In this document: positions 42,031 to 55,126 of the stretch, piece after piece
How positions within the stretch are numbered: the first letter of the stretch is position 1
Layout: every line of letters starts with the position of its first letter
DNA from: Eledone cirrhosa
Lineage: Eukaryota
Assembly (NCBI GenBank): GCA_964016885.1
Contig: OZ024740.1
Location: forward strand, 131,440,001-131,504,000
DNA length: 64,000 nucleotides
Reading direction: 5' to 3'
Made by a program: the position numbers and the translations under genes
Notes under the pieces: model-generated
The model's input: the letters and a program-made list of their open reading frames with translations, nothing else
What the model was told of the DNA's origin: nothing
The model's database searches: none

Positions 42031-43689
42031 AATGATGTTGACTTGTTCTTCTTTTTGGTAAATATCATCTTGGTTAAGAGAGTGGGACTGGCTTTGTGCA
42101 GTGCCTTTGCTCACTATAAAAGCTTCACGGCACAGGCATTGCTTTATTTCTGGAGAACTCTCTGCACTTGTCGTCACATGGTACCATGGGCCCAACACTA
42201 TGTGTCAATAATTGTCACAAGTGCAGTGTTTGTACCAGAGTTTTCAAGTCGCTGGCTGGACTAAAAAGTCACACTCGTTCAGCGCATCGGTAGGGGTTCT
42301 CCTAGATGGATATAAAGTAGTGGCCGTACTCGAAAACGAGTTGGCAGCCACCATATGTATATAAACATCCACATCCTTCAATTTTCTAAATAATTTGTAT
42401 TTAGTCTTGAACCAAATAACCACTGATATTTAATAAAACTGAGTAATAACTAGCGGAAAATCTAAATCATTTTTCTAATATTAATATTTTATGTGTGTTG
42501 TTGCTCATGCTTCATCCGATAAACAAATTTCCAACTTCATGTTTCACAAATACAACAAAGTGTTCTAAATATATAATTTAGTAGACATATTATCTTTAAC
42601 CCTAAAATCACTTCATAATTCGAACATAAATATAAGTGCAACCACTTACTGATCTATTTACGTATATAAATCATGTACATCCTATCGGTTAGTTTTACCA
42701 AACACTTATATATTTCAGTCATGTTGGGCGTATTTGTTGGCGGCATCAAAATCCACCAATTTTCTTGGACTCCTTTCATGCCAAGTAATTTAATAGAATT
42801 AATGATCAGAAAGGCAAAGACAAACTGATATTGGTATCCCATGCGTGGTTTGAAGTATGAAACCGTCATACAAAGAAATATATCTACTGCTCATTAATCA
42901 ACATTTAAAAAGTATTCAACAAATGTGACTCTATTATATTCTGTATTATTTTTCCGGCTCTACGGGCATACGTTTCTCTGTAATATTCATTGCACACAGC
43001 ACACATACGTGAATTAGTACAACTAAGTTATAAATTATCACACATTTTATAGAACTTTTTCGAAATACCTACATGAAAAATTAAAAAAATTATTATAACG
43101 GCAATTTTGTTGAAATATAAGAATCGTAATTGCAGCATTCTTCCCCTTCTCAGACAGGCAAACTAATGTAAAACGCTCATCAATTATACTTGTGCTACAG
43201 TGAAAGTAAATTGACAAAAGTATAAATTGCGCAATTGATGCACAATCAAAATTGCATAAAATATTATCAATATTGTAATGTGTTAAATATTAAGAATTCA
43301 TGGCCATACGAATAGCACCACAAGGAACGAGATATGGATACAACTTCTCAGTGGTAAAACATATAGCTTTGTTAGGGCTCTGCTAGGAGAATAGGGATGT
43401 TAATGCATTAACTTGATGTACTATGATGAACGATGCCTTCCATCAGACTGCAGATACTTTTTAATGTGTTAACCTGATTGCACTTTTTAGAATTTATATC
43501 AAACAAACTCAGTTATGATATTTAGCTCGAAAACTCAACAAGGATAAATGATACTCAAATTTACAGAAATAAAGTTGTCGTGGTATAAGAAATTACGTGG
43601 TTTCAAGGCTAAAAGTACATCCAGATATTTGTGAAGAAAATGAAATCAAATATAAAACAATTGAAATTGGGAAAGATAGAACAATTTAA

Positions 43690-44400
43690 ATTTAAATCTG
43701 ACATCCAGAATGCCGTAATAACACTATGGCAAGAGAAATCCTTACATGGTCAATACTCAAAAAGCTAAATAGAAAGGAAGTAAAAGCTAAGACGCTAAGT
43801 TTTCGAATTACAGCGCAGGACCTAAGTCGACCTCACAGAAACTATCAGAAGTACATAATGAAACAAAGCACTATAAGTAACAGTAGAATATGTGGAGATG
43901 GGGAAGAAACAATCAAAAGCATAGTCTCTAGATGCCCAGCACTGGCCAAAAATATATATTTCCACAGGCATGCTTGATGGTACAACACACACCAGAAAAT
44001 GTGTCAGAGAATGACAAAGCAACCATTCACTGTGATATGCCGATACTTACAGACAGAGAGATAAAGGTCAATCAACCAGATTGTATAGGTAAAGGCCATA
44101 AAGAAAGGAAATGCCTTGTAATAGATGTATGTATCCTCATTGACGAAAATATATATTCCAAGGAAATAGAGAGACTCTCCAAATATGAAGATCTACAGAT
44201 AGAAATAAACTCGAATGTGGAAAATGAAAACAGAAACGATGCCTATAATGTTAGATGCTTTAAGAATAAAAAGAAAACACACAGACAAATACATAGCCGA
44301 AACCCCAGGACATACACATATATAGAGCATACAAAAGATAGTACTACTAGGCACTGAACACATTTTAGGAAAAGTACTATCAATACAATATAAACAACAT
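43690..44400 (+). pseudogene. Old 3' fragment of an R4/Dong-like LINE (zinc knuckle + restriction-like endonuclease)
   Basis: AQD, RICG..EETIKSIVSRCPALA, ILTDREIKVNQPD, CLVIDV, KE.ERLSKYEDL. Confidence 0.75.
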
Positions 44401-44479
44401 CATCAAACAACTAGACAGCTCAAACTTAAGGCGCACAGAGCTGTGCTCGGTACCGCAGTAATTACGCACAATGAAAATA

Positions 44480-45050
44480 AAGGTTGGTTACATAATATGA
44501 TAGAAAAGGTGATTTACTGGCATCAATGCAAACTAAAGAATTTAACACATTCTGAGAAGTGGTATGAGCATAAGCCAAAGACTGTGATAGAAAACGATCA
44601 GGTGAAGGTGCTATGGGATTTTAGAATACAGACGGACAAGAAATTAGAACACAACATGCCTGACCTTGTTGTTTTTGACAAGGAAAAAAATCGTGCCTGA
44701 TTGTAGTTGTACCCTGCTCATATGACACGAAAGTGCAAGAAAAGAAGAGGGAGAAAATTATCGGATACCAGGGATGAAAGGTGGAGTTATGATTTGGAAT
44801 TGCCTTGAGATCAAGGTGGTCCCGATTGTCATAGGAACACTAGGTACTATTTCAAGGAGTTTCCAAGGATGGTAAAATAAGATTAGTCCAGTCCCGTTTC
44901 TTTGGAACACTTCAAAAGGCATGCTTGCTGGGAACAACAAGACCCTTCCGTACGACCTGAATATCTAAGGCTACAGGTAGTGGCTTGACATTCATTCCAA
45001 CAAACTTTCAAGTTAAATAACATCAATGACTGAGACTGAAAGAATAATAA
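44480..45050 (+). pseudogene. 3' fragment of a Dong/R4-like LINE (same family as 45255-47460)
   Basis: KWYEHKPKTVIENDQVKVLWDFRIQTDKKLEHNMPDLVV; 3' UTR collinear with 47370-47460. Confidence 0.85.
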
Positions 45051-45143
45051 TTGTTTCTATTTTAGGCACAAGGCCAGCAACTACCCAGTACATTACTGGT
45101 ACTTTATTTTATCGACCCCGTAAGGATGAAAGGCAAAGTTAAC
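45047..45143 (-). mobile_element. tRNA-derived SINE, 3' fragment
   Basis: Reverse complement of the SINE core and tail. Confidence 0.8.
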
Positions 45144-45196
45144 AAAGAATAATAATGATAATAATAATGATGATGACGATGATGATGATGATGATG

Positions 45197-45254
<58 letters not shown>

Positions 45255-45256
<2 letters not shown>

Positions 45257-47460
45257 CCCAGATGGTGTGCAGGGGTATTGGATTAAAAATTTAACATCCC
45301 TCCACCCGAAGCTGACGGCAATGTTCAATGATTGCTTGGTGTCGGGTGAGGTGCCAGAGTGGTTGACAAAAGGTACCACAGTTCTGATAATGAAAGACCG
45401 AATCAAGGGTAATGATGTTACCAACTATAGACCTATCACATGTCTGTCCGTAATGTGGAAACTGTTGACGAGCATTGTGTCTGAGGAAATCTACCATCAC
45501 CTCCACACAAACAACTTGTTACGACGAACAGAAAGGATGCCGAAAGAAGTCACGTGGTACAAAGGACCAGTTACTTATTGATAAGATGGTAATGGGGAAT
45601 TGCAGGAGGAGACACACTGATCTTAACATGGGATGCATAGACTACAGAAAGGCATTTGACATGGTGCCTCATTCTTGGATCACCAAAAGCCTGGAGATCT
45701 TCAGGGTGTTAGATAACATCAGACAGTTGCTGGGCAGGAGTATGGGGTCCTGGGAGACGGAGTTGACATCAACTGGATTATCCTTGGGAAGCGTGAAGAT
45801 CAAGAGAAGTATCTTCCAGGGAGATAGCCTGTCCCCTCTGTTGTTTGTCCTTGCCCTGATGCCCTTGACCATTATGCTGCGAAAAGTGAGAGCAGGATAC
45901 AAGTTGGGAAACGGAGAGCTTACCATCAATCACCTCCTCTTCATGGACGATCTTAAGCTCTTCGGGAAAAGTGAGAAGGAGTTGGATGTGCTTGTTGACA
46001 CTGTCCGTATTTTTAGCAGTGATATATGTATGCAGTTTGGTATTAGTAAATATGGAGTCATTGTGATGAGGAGGGGTAGGTTGAGCAGAAGTAACGGGAT
46101 CCAGATACCAACAGGTGAGATGATAAAGGAAATTGACTCTGAGGAAAGATACAAGTATATGGGCGTTCTGGAGGCTGATGGCATAAAGAACAAAAAAATG
46201 AAGGAATTGTTAAGAACTGAATACATTCGGAGAGTAAGGAGCGTATTGAAGTCACATCTGAACAGCAGAAATGCCATAAGCGCAGTAAATTCCCGAGCTG
46301 TGTCTATTATTAGGTACAGTGCGGGAATTCTGAGATGGAATGTTGCTGAACAAAAAGAAATGGATAGGAAGACTAGGAAGCTATTGACTATCTACAACAT
46401 GTTCCAATAGGGGAGTGATGTCGATAGACTCTACCTAAGGAGATCTGAGGGTGGAAGAGGTCTTATCAGCATAGAGGACTGTGTTCAGATGGAGAAAAAC
46501 AACCTATACAAATACGTGACCTATATTAAGGAGCCAATGCTCAGAACTGTACTGAAGGAGGGGACAGTAGGCGAGGGGATGTCCAAGGAGGAAATAACAT
46601 CAAGGAGGAAGAGCAGCCTTAAGGGAAAATCCCTTCATAGTACCTTCTTTGAGAAAACTGAATTTAGAGATCCACAGACATGGAACTGGTTGAGAAGAGG
46701 AGACCTCAAAAAGGCTACAGAAGGAATGCTAATGGCTGCGCAGGAGCAGGCCCTCAAAACGAAGTGGTTGACGCACCATATTTACAAGGAGGAGACTAGC
46801 CCACTGTGCAGGATCTGTAGAGAGAGAGAGGAGACTGTGGCTCACATTGTGTCCGAGTGTAAACACCTAGCCCAGACCCACTATAAGGGCTGGTGACACG
46901 ATGTGATGGGCAGGGTGATCCTCTGGCACCTGTGCAAAGTAAACAATTTACCACATTCTGAGAAATGGTATGAGCATAGGCCAGAGGCGGTGATGGAGAA
47001 CAACCAGGTGAAGGTGCTGTGGGATTTTAGGATACAGACGGACAAAAAACTGGAACACAATAGACCTGACCTGGTGGTTGTGGACAAAGAAAAAAGATCG
47101 TGTCTGATTGTGGATGTGGCCTGCCCTTTCGACACGAGAGTGCAAGAAAAGGAGAGGGAGAAAATTAACCGATACCAGGACCTAAAGTGGGAGGTGAAAA
47201 GGATTTGGAACTGCCATGAAGTCTAAGTGATCCCGATTGTCATAGGCGCACTGGGGACTATCTCCAAAAGTTTCCAGGGATGGTTAAAGAAAATCGGCCC
47301 CTTCACGCTTTTTGGAACGCTTCAAAAGGCATGCTTGCTGGGAACAGCAAGAACCCTCCGATACGTCCTGAATATCTGAGGCTGCAGGTAGTGGCTTGAT
47401 ATTCATTCCAACGGACTTTCCAGTTAACCAACATCAATGACTAAGATTCAAGGAATAACA
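45255..47460 (+). mobile_element. 5'-truncated Dong/R4-clade non-LTR retrotransposon in a (TAA)n tract
   Basis: RT motifs [52 protein letters not shown]. Also GGRGL, CRIC..H..C and RPD..D..K..Y.DL. (TAA)n on both sides, the known Dong target. Few stops and frameshifts. Confidence 0.92.
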
Positions 47461-47462
47461 AC

Positions 47463-47495
<33 letters not shown>

Positions 47496-47497
<2 letters not shown>

Positions 47498-49130
47498 TTT
47501 CATTTATTAGCCACAAGGGCCGACATGTAGGGGACAATACAAAGACAGGGACAGTGGGGGTTTACAATAAGGTCGAGTAAAAATGCACAATGGCAAGACT
47601 AATTTAACAATGAAAATATAAAATATAAAATAAACTATGCAAAATGTAACAAAATAAATTCCCCGATAAGGGGTGGACGACCCTGGGGTATTCGGGTGCC
47701 CCACCAATCCTGAACCACCCTGCGCTTCTAGGGCACCCAGGAGAGCACCCCTCTCCTCAAGTTAGCTAGCCTATAGGCGCATGGTCAGAGTAGGCCCATT
47801 CACACGAGCCATTCTTGCCACATTCACCCACCTTTTAGCAAATGTACTGGGGGCCAGCACTTCTCTCTCCACCCTCAACCTCCTTTCCAGGTGAAACTTG
47901 AAGAAGTTGATGAGGGATTGGCCGAAGAGAAAAGTGCCTGTCTTTAGTCCTTTCAACCTGGTCCACCATATAATCTCTTTCGCAACTGCCACCAGACAGA
48001 GGAAAATGTCCTGCTCTTCCTGACCTAAGGAAGGTGGCGGCTCGATCTTCACTATGGACTCGGCCGATAACTGGATTCGTTCCACACACAACAGTAGGTG
48101 TTCGACATAACTCCACAAGTCAGTAATGCACGGACATTGGACAAGTGCGTGCAGAACGGTTTCGTCGTTCTGTGCGCATCTTGGGCAGGTCCGTCTGACA
48201 GCACTTCCGTGCCTGTAGAGTTTATCCCGAACCGGCAGTGCCCCCCGGTAGCACTGCCAAGCGAGGGATTTCTGGAAATTGTCCATCGTCCCCGGCTCAA
48301 AAGTCCTCCGGTACAGACTGGTCAGTTCGACTTCGTCGAGGCCCAAAGCTTCTCCGAGTGCGTCATCGCACTTGCCCACCACTAATCCTCTATAAAACTC
48401 GAGAGTGGAAGTTCCACTGATCGCATTGCCCGCTTGGTAGAGGGCAGTGAGTGCCTGGCAACATTCCAGGTGCCAGTCACCAAGTCTCGGTCTCTTCTTG
48501 ACCCAGGACTGCAGCTCAGTCAAAGAAATGAGCTGCGGAAAGGCCCGTCTGATAAACGGCGACCACACCTGTTCACCATTGAGGCAGAATATCTGGAGAT
48601 GTCGCAGCCTCAACGCATGTCTGCGCATCATTAGCCACGGCATGCCCAGCCCTCCGTGTAGAGGGTGCTGGCAGCAGATGGACCGCCTCACCAACGGAAC
48701 TTGTCCCCTCCACAAGAATTTGAAGAGCAGCCGTTCCAACTTGACGAGGCGCGGACGGAGGCAATGCACGACGGTTAGGCGGTAATAGATGACGGACGCG
48801 ATGTACGCATTCGCCACCTACGCGCGACCTTTCAGTGATAGCTTCCTCCCAGCCCATTTTTGGGTGAGACTGGCTACTCTGCTCGTTACCTCGTCCCAAT
48901 TCTTTTCCACCTGGAGGTCTGGTCCGAACCAAACCCCGAGCAACTTTACTGGTCCGTCCGTCCAGCGCCCCACGACGCTGTTGGACGGCATGGGCTTGCC
49001 TCTCCAGGTTCCGAGCTGCAAGCCCACCGACTTTTCCGGGTTAAGTTTGGCTCCTGTCAACCTTTCATATTCTTTCAATAAGGTGCCGACCACCTCGATT
49101 TCTGAGGTGTTCGACACCATCACGGTGATA
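47496..49130 (-). mobile_element. Tx1/L1-clade LINE, 3' part (RT C-terminus + zf-RVT)
   Basis: GAKLNPEKS, LLGVWF, W..RKLSLKGR, FKFLW..HGGLGMP, CPRC..ETVLHALVQC; (ATT)n tail. Confidence 0.9.
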
Positions 49131-49139
49131 ATAATAATA

Positions 49140-52100
49140 GTTTGTTTATTGGCCACAAGGCCTAACATGACTAAAGACATTACTGACAGCACAGCACGGT
49201 ACAAGACGATACAAAGTGGGTTTTGGCCGTGTAAACAGGTTATAACAAGATAGAAAAAAAAATTCTAACATCAAAAATTCCCCAAAAAGAGGGAGACATC
49301 CGATGGTCACTCGTGGTAAAAACCATACAAAAGACCACGGCCACCAATGTTTTATTTATTAACTCCAAGGGTTGACAAAATTATAATATTAAGAACAGCT
49401 TGATACAAACAGAGGATGTCTCAAAAAAAGAAACAAGTAAAAATCCCCCAGCAGAGGGAGACTTCCGAGGTTCGCTCGTGGAGACAGCCCAGAAAAAAGC
49501 AACGGTTACACTGACCGCTAAGGAAAGTGCCCCTTTTCAGTTTTCCTCATACGATGCTAAAGGCACATGCTCCGGGTTAGCCCATTCACAGGGGCAATTC
49601 TTTCTTCTCTCGACCACCTTTCCATAAACTGGCTGAAAGGCAGCAATACCCTTTCCACCCTAATTTTCCTTTTCAGGTGAAACCTGATAAAGTTAATGAA
49701 TGCGTCACCGTAGAGGAATGTACCCGTCTTCAACCCTTTCAGACTCGTCCACCATACGATATATTTTACCATGGCCACCAGGCAGATAAAAACTGCCTAT
49801 CCTACCGGCTAAAGGAAGGCGGCGTGGCAATCCACACGATGGACTCAGATGATAGCCTGATCCGTCATACACGCGACAGCAGGTGTTTGTGATAAACCCG
49901 CAAGACAAGTGCGTGCAAGACGGCACTTGCATTCCGACAGACGGCACTTGCATTCCTGTAGAGATTATTCCGAATTGGCAAAGCTCCTCGACAGCTCTGC
50001 CAGGCCAGGGCTTTCTGGAAGCTTTCCATGGGCCCCGGCCCGAAAGTTATCCCGAAGAGATTGGCTAGTTGTTTTTCGTCGACGCCTAGAGTTTCCCCAA
50101 GTACGTTGTCGCACTTTCCCTTCACTAATCCTCTATAGAACGCCAAAGTGGAGGTTCCACCGATCATTACTCGACTGGTCAAGGGTTGAGAGCGGCTGGA
50201 ACGTTCCAGTCTCCAAGCGCTCACTCTCGGTCTTCGCTTGACCCAGGACTGCAGCTCCGTCAATGGGACGAGCTGGGGAAAGACGCGTCTAGCAAACGGC
50301 GAACGCACCTGATCACCCTCGAGGAAGAGGTGGAGATGTCGTAGCCTGAGCTCGTGTCTGCGCATCATCAGCCACGGCATGCCCAGCCCTCCACGTAGAG
50401 GGTGTTGACAGCAGATGGACAGCCTGACGATCGGAGCGCGTCCCTTCCACAAAAAGCGAAAGAGCAAACGCTCCAGCTCAGTCAGGCGGGGCTTAGGACA
50501 AGGTACGACTGCCAGGCGGTAGTAGATGACGGACGCGATGTACGCATTACCCATCTTCGCTCGACCTGTCAGGGATAGGCTCCTCTCCGCCCATTTCTGG
50601 AGCTCCGAACCGAATCAGACCCCTAGCAATTTAACCGGTCTGTCCGTCCAGGGCCCGACGACGCTGTTGGACGACATGGACCTGCCTCTCCAGGTGCCGA
50701 GCTGCAGGCCCACTAACTTTTCCTGGTTGATTATTGCTCCTGTCACCGCTTCGTATTCTCTTAGTGTAGTGCCGATCGCCTCGATGTGTTTGGCGTTCGA
50801 CACCACTACGGTGACATCGTCCACATATGCTGACACAGATCTTCCGCATCCTAGATCGCGCGGGATCCACCTCAACGTCTCCAGTTCGTGCAGTAATGGC
50901 TCGAGAGTCAATACGTACAAGAGGGACGATTGGGGACATCCTTGGTAGACCGAGCGCATGATGTTGAACAGTTCCCTAAAGGTTCACTCTCACCACAGAG
51001 CAGATGTCGTTGTGCATGGCAGTGATCCATCCTCTGAAGACGGGCCCAGAGCGAGCCGCCCTCAGGACTGCCGGCAGATAACGATGGTCGACCCTATCGA
51101 AAGCTTTCGACTGATCTAAATTGATCAAGAACCCACCCGTGCCAAGTTCCCTAGCTACCCTCTCCACGAGGTATCGCATGAGGTGGAGGTTGTCTTGGAC
51201 GGATCTGTCGAGAATTTTGCATGTCTGCGCCTCTCCCACCAGACCATCAACGACAAGCGCCAACCTTTTGAACTCTTCAAAACTTGAACTCTGTGATTAG
51301 CAGAGTTATGGGCCTAAAATTATCTATGTTATCCCTCTTGTTCGGATCCTTTCTCATCAGCGCCACAGCTGGGAATTCTCCCGTTCTGTTGCCAATTGCC
51401 AAGTAGTCTGACCTCCGTACGCCTCCGAACAAGTCTAGCATCTGTACGTAAAGTTCATAGGGCAGACCATCCAAACCAGGCCATTTACCCCTTGTGCAGC
51501 CAGTCATTGCCTCCCGTACTTCAGCGGCTGTTATCGGCTTTTCGCAACACTCCGCCTCAGTGGCCGAGTGCCGCGTCAGTCCGTCGATGTAGACACTAAA
51601 GTCCATCCCTCGATCCGGCCCGCCGCTGCCCCCGAACAGCTGTGGGAAGTGTCGCTGAAAAGGTTCACACATTTTCCCGAGATCGAGTAGCATGCGCCCG
51701 TCGTGGTACACCAAAGACCGGATCGTGGATTTGTTGCCACGACGCGGCTCCGACATTCGGGCCCATTGAACGGCTTTCGTCCCCTCGTGTTTGAGAGCAC
51801 GCACCCTAGCTCTGACAACGCAGCCTTCGTTCTTTGCATTGAAGAATTGGTCAAGGGCCAATTTCGCCGCAAGAACGTCGGTCGCGATGCCTTTGCTAAG
51901 CGCCTCGTCTAATTTTCTAACTAATTCTCCCTCTGCTCTATTGTTCTCTCTTGCTAAAGCCTTACTAAACCTAATGGATTCTATTCTAATTGCTCTTTTC
52001 AGGGCAAACCACCAATTGTTGTTTACGATGGCCCCCGTCAAGGCCCACTTAACTAGTTCGCTAATCAGGTCTCTGTAGGCCTTGGGCGCTGGTAAGGACG

Positions 52101-54570
52101 CGTTTAGCTTCCAGTAGCCGGGTCCTCGTCTATGAAGCCTATCTAAGTCAATGAATTTTTGTTTTAGTGTCATGTACGTTTTCTGTGTGATGCGAGTGAT
52201 TTGTATGTGTGGAGGCGGTGTGAACTTTTGGGTTGTTCTGTAGTCTTTTTCTGTGATGCTGGTGTTGTGTTTGATGTAGTGTAATAATTGGTTGTAGTGT
52301 AATGAGCTCGTTTTGTTTTAGTGTCGTGTACGTTTTCTGTGTGATGCGAGTGATTTGTATGTGTGGAGGCGTTGTGAACTTTTGGGTTGTTGTGTAGTCT
52401 TTTTCTGTGATGCTGGTGGTGTGTTGGATGTAGTGTAATAATTGGATGTAGTGTAATGAGGTCGTTGTGCAGGTGGCCCTGCTTCCATGACGACCCCAAG
52501 GCACCCGCATTTATGGTGCCTATTCTGAGTGAGGTCATTTTGAAATGGAGTGGAAAAGATGGGAAAGACCACTTACCGTACTTTTCGTAGAGGAAGGATA
52601 GTTTCTTCATCCCTTTTCACTTGATCGTCTGGCGAAGGGACCGTTGAATCGTCCCTTCGGCTGGTCGTCGGCTTTTCTATGAGTATGTCCGAATATACTC
52701 TCTGGTTGAGAGTCCCCCTAGGTCTCTGAAATCACCAACTGCATTGGGGAATTTCGTTTTAATGTTTGTGTTTTGTTTCTGTGCTATTTTTCCCAGTCTT
52801 ATGTTCGTTGGTGTTTTGATTGGTGCTGGTATTATGTAGTCGTGCTGTGAAATGTCTGTGTGTACAATTATGTAAGTCATTAGTTTCTTGTTGTGTGTAT
52901 TTATTGCCGTGCATTTGTTTTTCTTGGGGTGGGTTTGGTTCTGCTATTTTCTTGTCGTTTTTGCTGGGTATGTGTGTTTTGTTGTTGTGTTTGCGATGTT
53001 GGTGCTTGTGGTGGTGGTGTTGAAGGAGTTGTTGTCGTTGGCGGTGGGGTTGTCGCCGGTGGTGATGGTGGTGCTACTGTGGGTGGTGATGGTGTTGGTG
53101 GTGTTGCTGCTGTGAGTCTCTTTGTAGTAGCCTTTACACATTTTTTCATTTCTTTCCTCCCTTTTCGAATGCGACGATGCGCTGATTCTGCCTTTGTGCC
53201 TTCTTGCGATCTTTTGCCATCCCTCTCCCACCTCACACTCCATGTCTGATTCTGAGGTCGGGGCGGGTTACCAGCTCTACTCTTTCATTTGTTGTAGTTG
53301 GTGATGTTTGCAGTGGAGTCTCTGTTGGAGCTGCAGTTGGTATTACTGTTGTTGTTAATACTTCCACTGCTGCTGCTGTTCTTGATTTCCGTGGCGTGGG
53401 TATGGGTGCCACGGACCTATCGTTCCTGGTTGCCGTTTGTCCTGTTGCTGGTAGCCGTGGAGCCGGTTTCGGAAGGAGGAGGGTTTTCTCCTCTCTCAGG
53501 ATCTTCTCGTCGCAGAAGGCCCTGATGTGAGTCTTCGATCCACAGCGAAAGGATTTCGGGGGCGTTTGCCCTCAACACTTATGGGCAGTTGAGTGCCGTT
53601 ATCGAAGTCTATCACATCCGGGATAGCATCTATGCACTCCTGGTTGGTTTGGATTAACATCTCAATGGAGGTGCCGACCCAATCTTCTCTTACTCTTTTC
53701 TGAACTTGCAGTACAGTTGTTTTGTCCTCGATACCGTCGAGGACAGACGCGGCCAGCCAATAAGGGGCCATCCCGGGGGGGGGGTCTGTTTGACCCTCAC
53801 AATTTTTGCCCGTAGTAGGAGGGCAGCAACACCATTTCCTCGCTCCTTAGGGTCACTAATGATTGAGCCTTTGCCTCCTGGGGTGTGGCAAAAAGCACGT
53901 CTACGGTGGCATATTTCTTGCCTCGGGTGATATGCGTTTTCCGCTGCCACACAGACCCTAAGGCTTTTTGTATTGAGCCTCTGTGGCTCTTTCAACCCTA
54001 CGAGATGTTGTGCTTACTGTACGGTACGTGACCGTACAGTGCTGTTGGGTTTCGAAAAATGTTTCCGCTGCCTTGCAGATTGCTCGGTGTCCAGTCTTTG
54101 TCACCATCTTCTTCGCTTCCTCTAATTCCTCATTTGTTATGAGGATTGTTTCCAGGTTTTTCGCAATACCTGCAAATGAGATTGTTTTTTCTTTGCTGCT
54201 GTTGTTGTTGTTGTCGTCAGAGCTGCTGTTACTTTTGTTATTGCTGCAGGTACTACGACTACTGCCTCCACCGCTGTTGCTGTGGTTGTTGTTGGTGTTG
54301 CTGCTGCTAATGCTGTTGTTGTTTATGCTGCTGGTGATGCTGTTGCGGCTGCTACTGTTGTTTTCATTGTCACTTTTGCTGTTGTTATTACGGCTGCTAC
54401 TGCTATTATATCTGACGTCAGACGAATGAACTGGGTTTTCGTATTTCCCGCACACCTGCTTCGTCGTTGTCGTCGTCGTCGTGGAGAAATCTTGCACGCT
54501 TTGCACGAGACTTTTCTTTTTTGTAGTCGCTTGCGAAAGAGAAGGGGGGGGAGAGAGACACATTTAAAGA
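49140..54570 (-). mobile_element. Decayed near-full-length Tx1/L1-clade LINE (ORF1 ~54563-52580; ORF2 ~52538-49557)
   Basis: ORF1: ISFAGIAK, LLPSYYG, ISVEGKRP, FRCGSKTHIRAFC knuckle. ORF2: LRIGTINA, GPGYWKLNASL, PGLDGLPYELY, NFRPITLL, LDQSKAFDRVDH, QGCP, YVDD, GGLGMP. Confidence 0.88.
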
Positions 54571-54892
54571 AGGGAGGGAGAGAGACAATCTTCTATCTGC
54601 TGTAGTGATGATTGAGGAAGAAGAAGACGGAATCAGTGGGAGTGACCTATGAAAATTCTTTTTCGTAGCCATGTTGTTGTTTTTTTTTGTTTAAAATAAA
54701 TATTGGGCACAAAACCCCAATAAGCAGTTATTTAACCCCGAAGGGCCAAATAACGGGCAGAAAGACCCCTCTCATGAGGAGGAGGGTGTTTTTGTCTACA
54801 AGTTCGTTAAAGTTTTAAACAATTTACAATTGTTATAGCGTTCAAAATTTACAATACCTTACAGAGCCGAGCCTCCGTCAACCATAGCATTC

Positions 54893-54945
<53 letters not shown>

Positions 54946-54947
54946 TA

Positions 54948-55112
54948 ATAATTGTTTCTAATGTTGCCACAAGGCCAGCAATTACCCAGTGCATTACAGC
55001 TACTTTATTTTATCGACTCCGTAAGGATGAATGGCATAGTTAACATCGGTGGGATTTGAACTCAGAATAGCAAGGGCCTTAACTCTATGCGTCAAAGCAT
55101 GGTTTCCAAACC
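54948..55112 (-). mobile_element. tRNA-derived SINE with (ATT)n tail
   Basis: Reverse-strand B box gagttcaaatccc, core and tail; (TAA)n at 54893-54950. Confidence 0.8.
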
Positions 55113-55126
55113 CTAATAATAATAAT

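Noticed and set aside
53958-54605. Poly-S/N (minus) and poly-L (plus) ORFs as host proteins
   Set aside because: Low-complexity N-terminus of Tx1 ORF1 and its antisense shadow.
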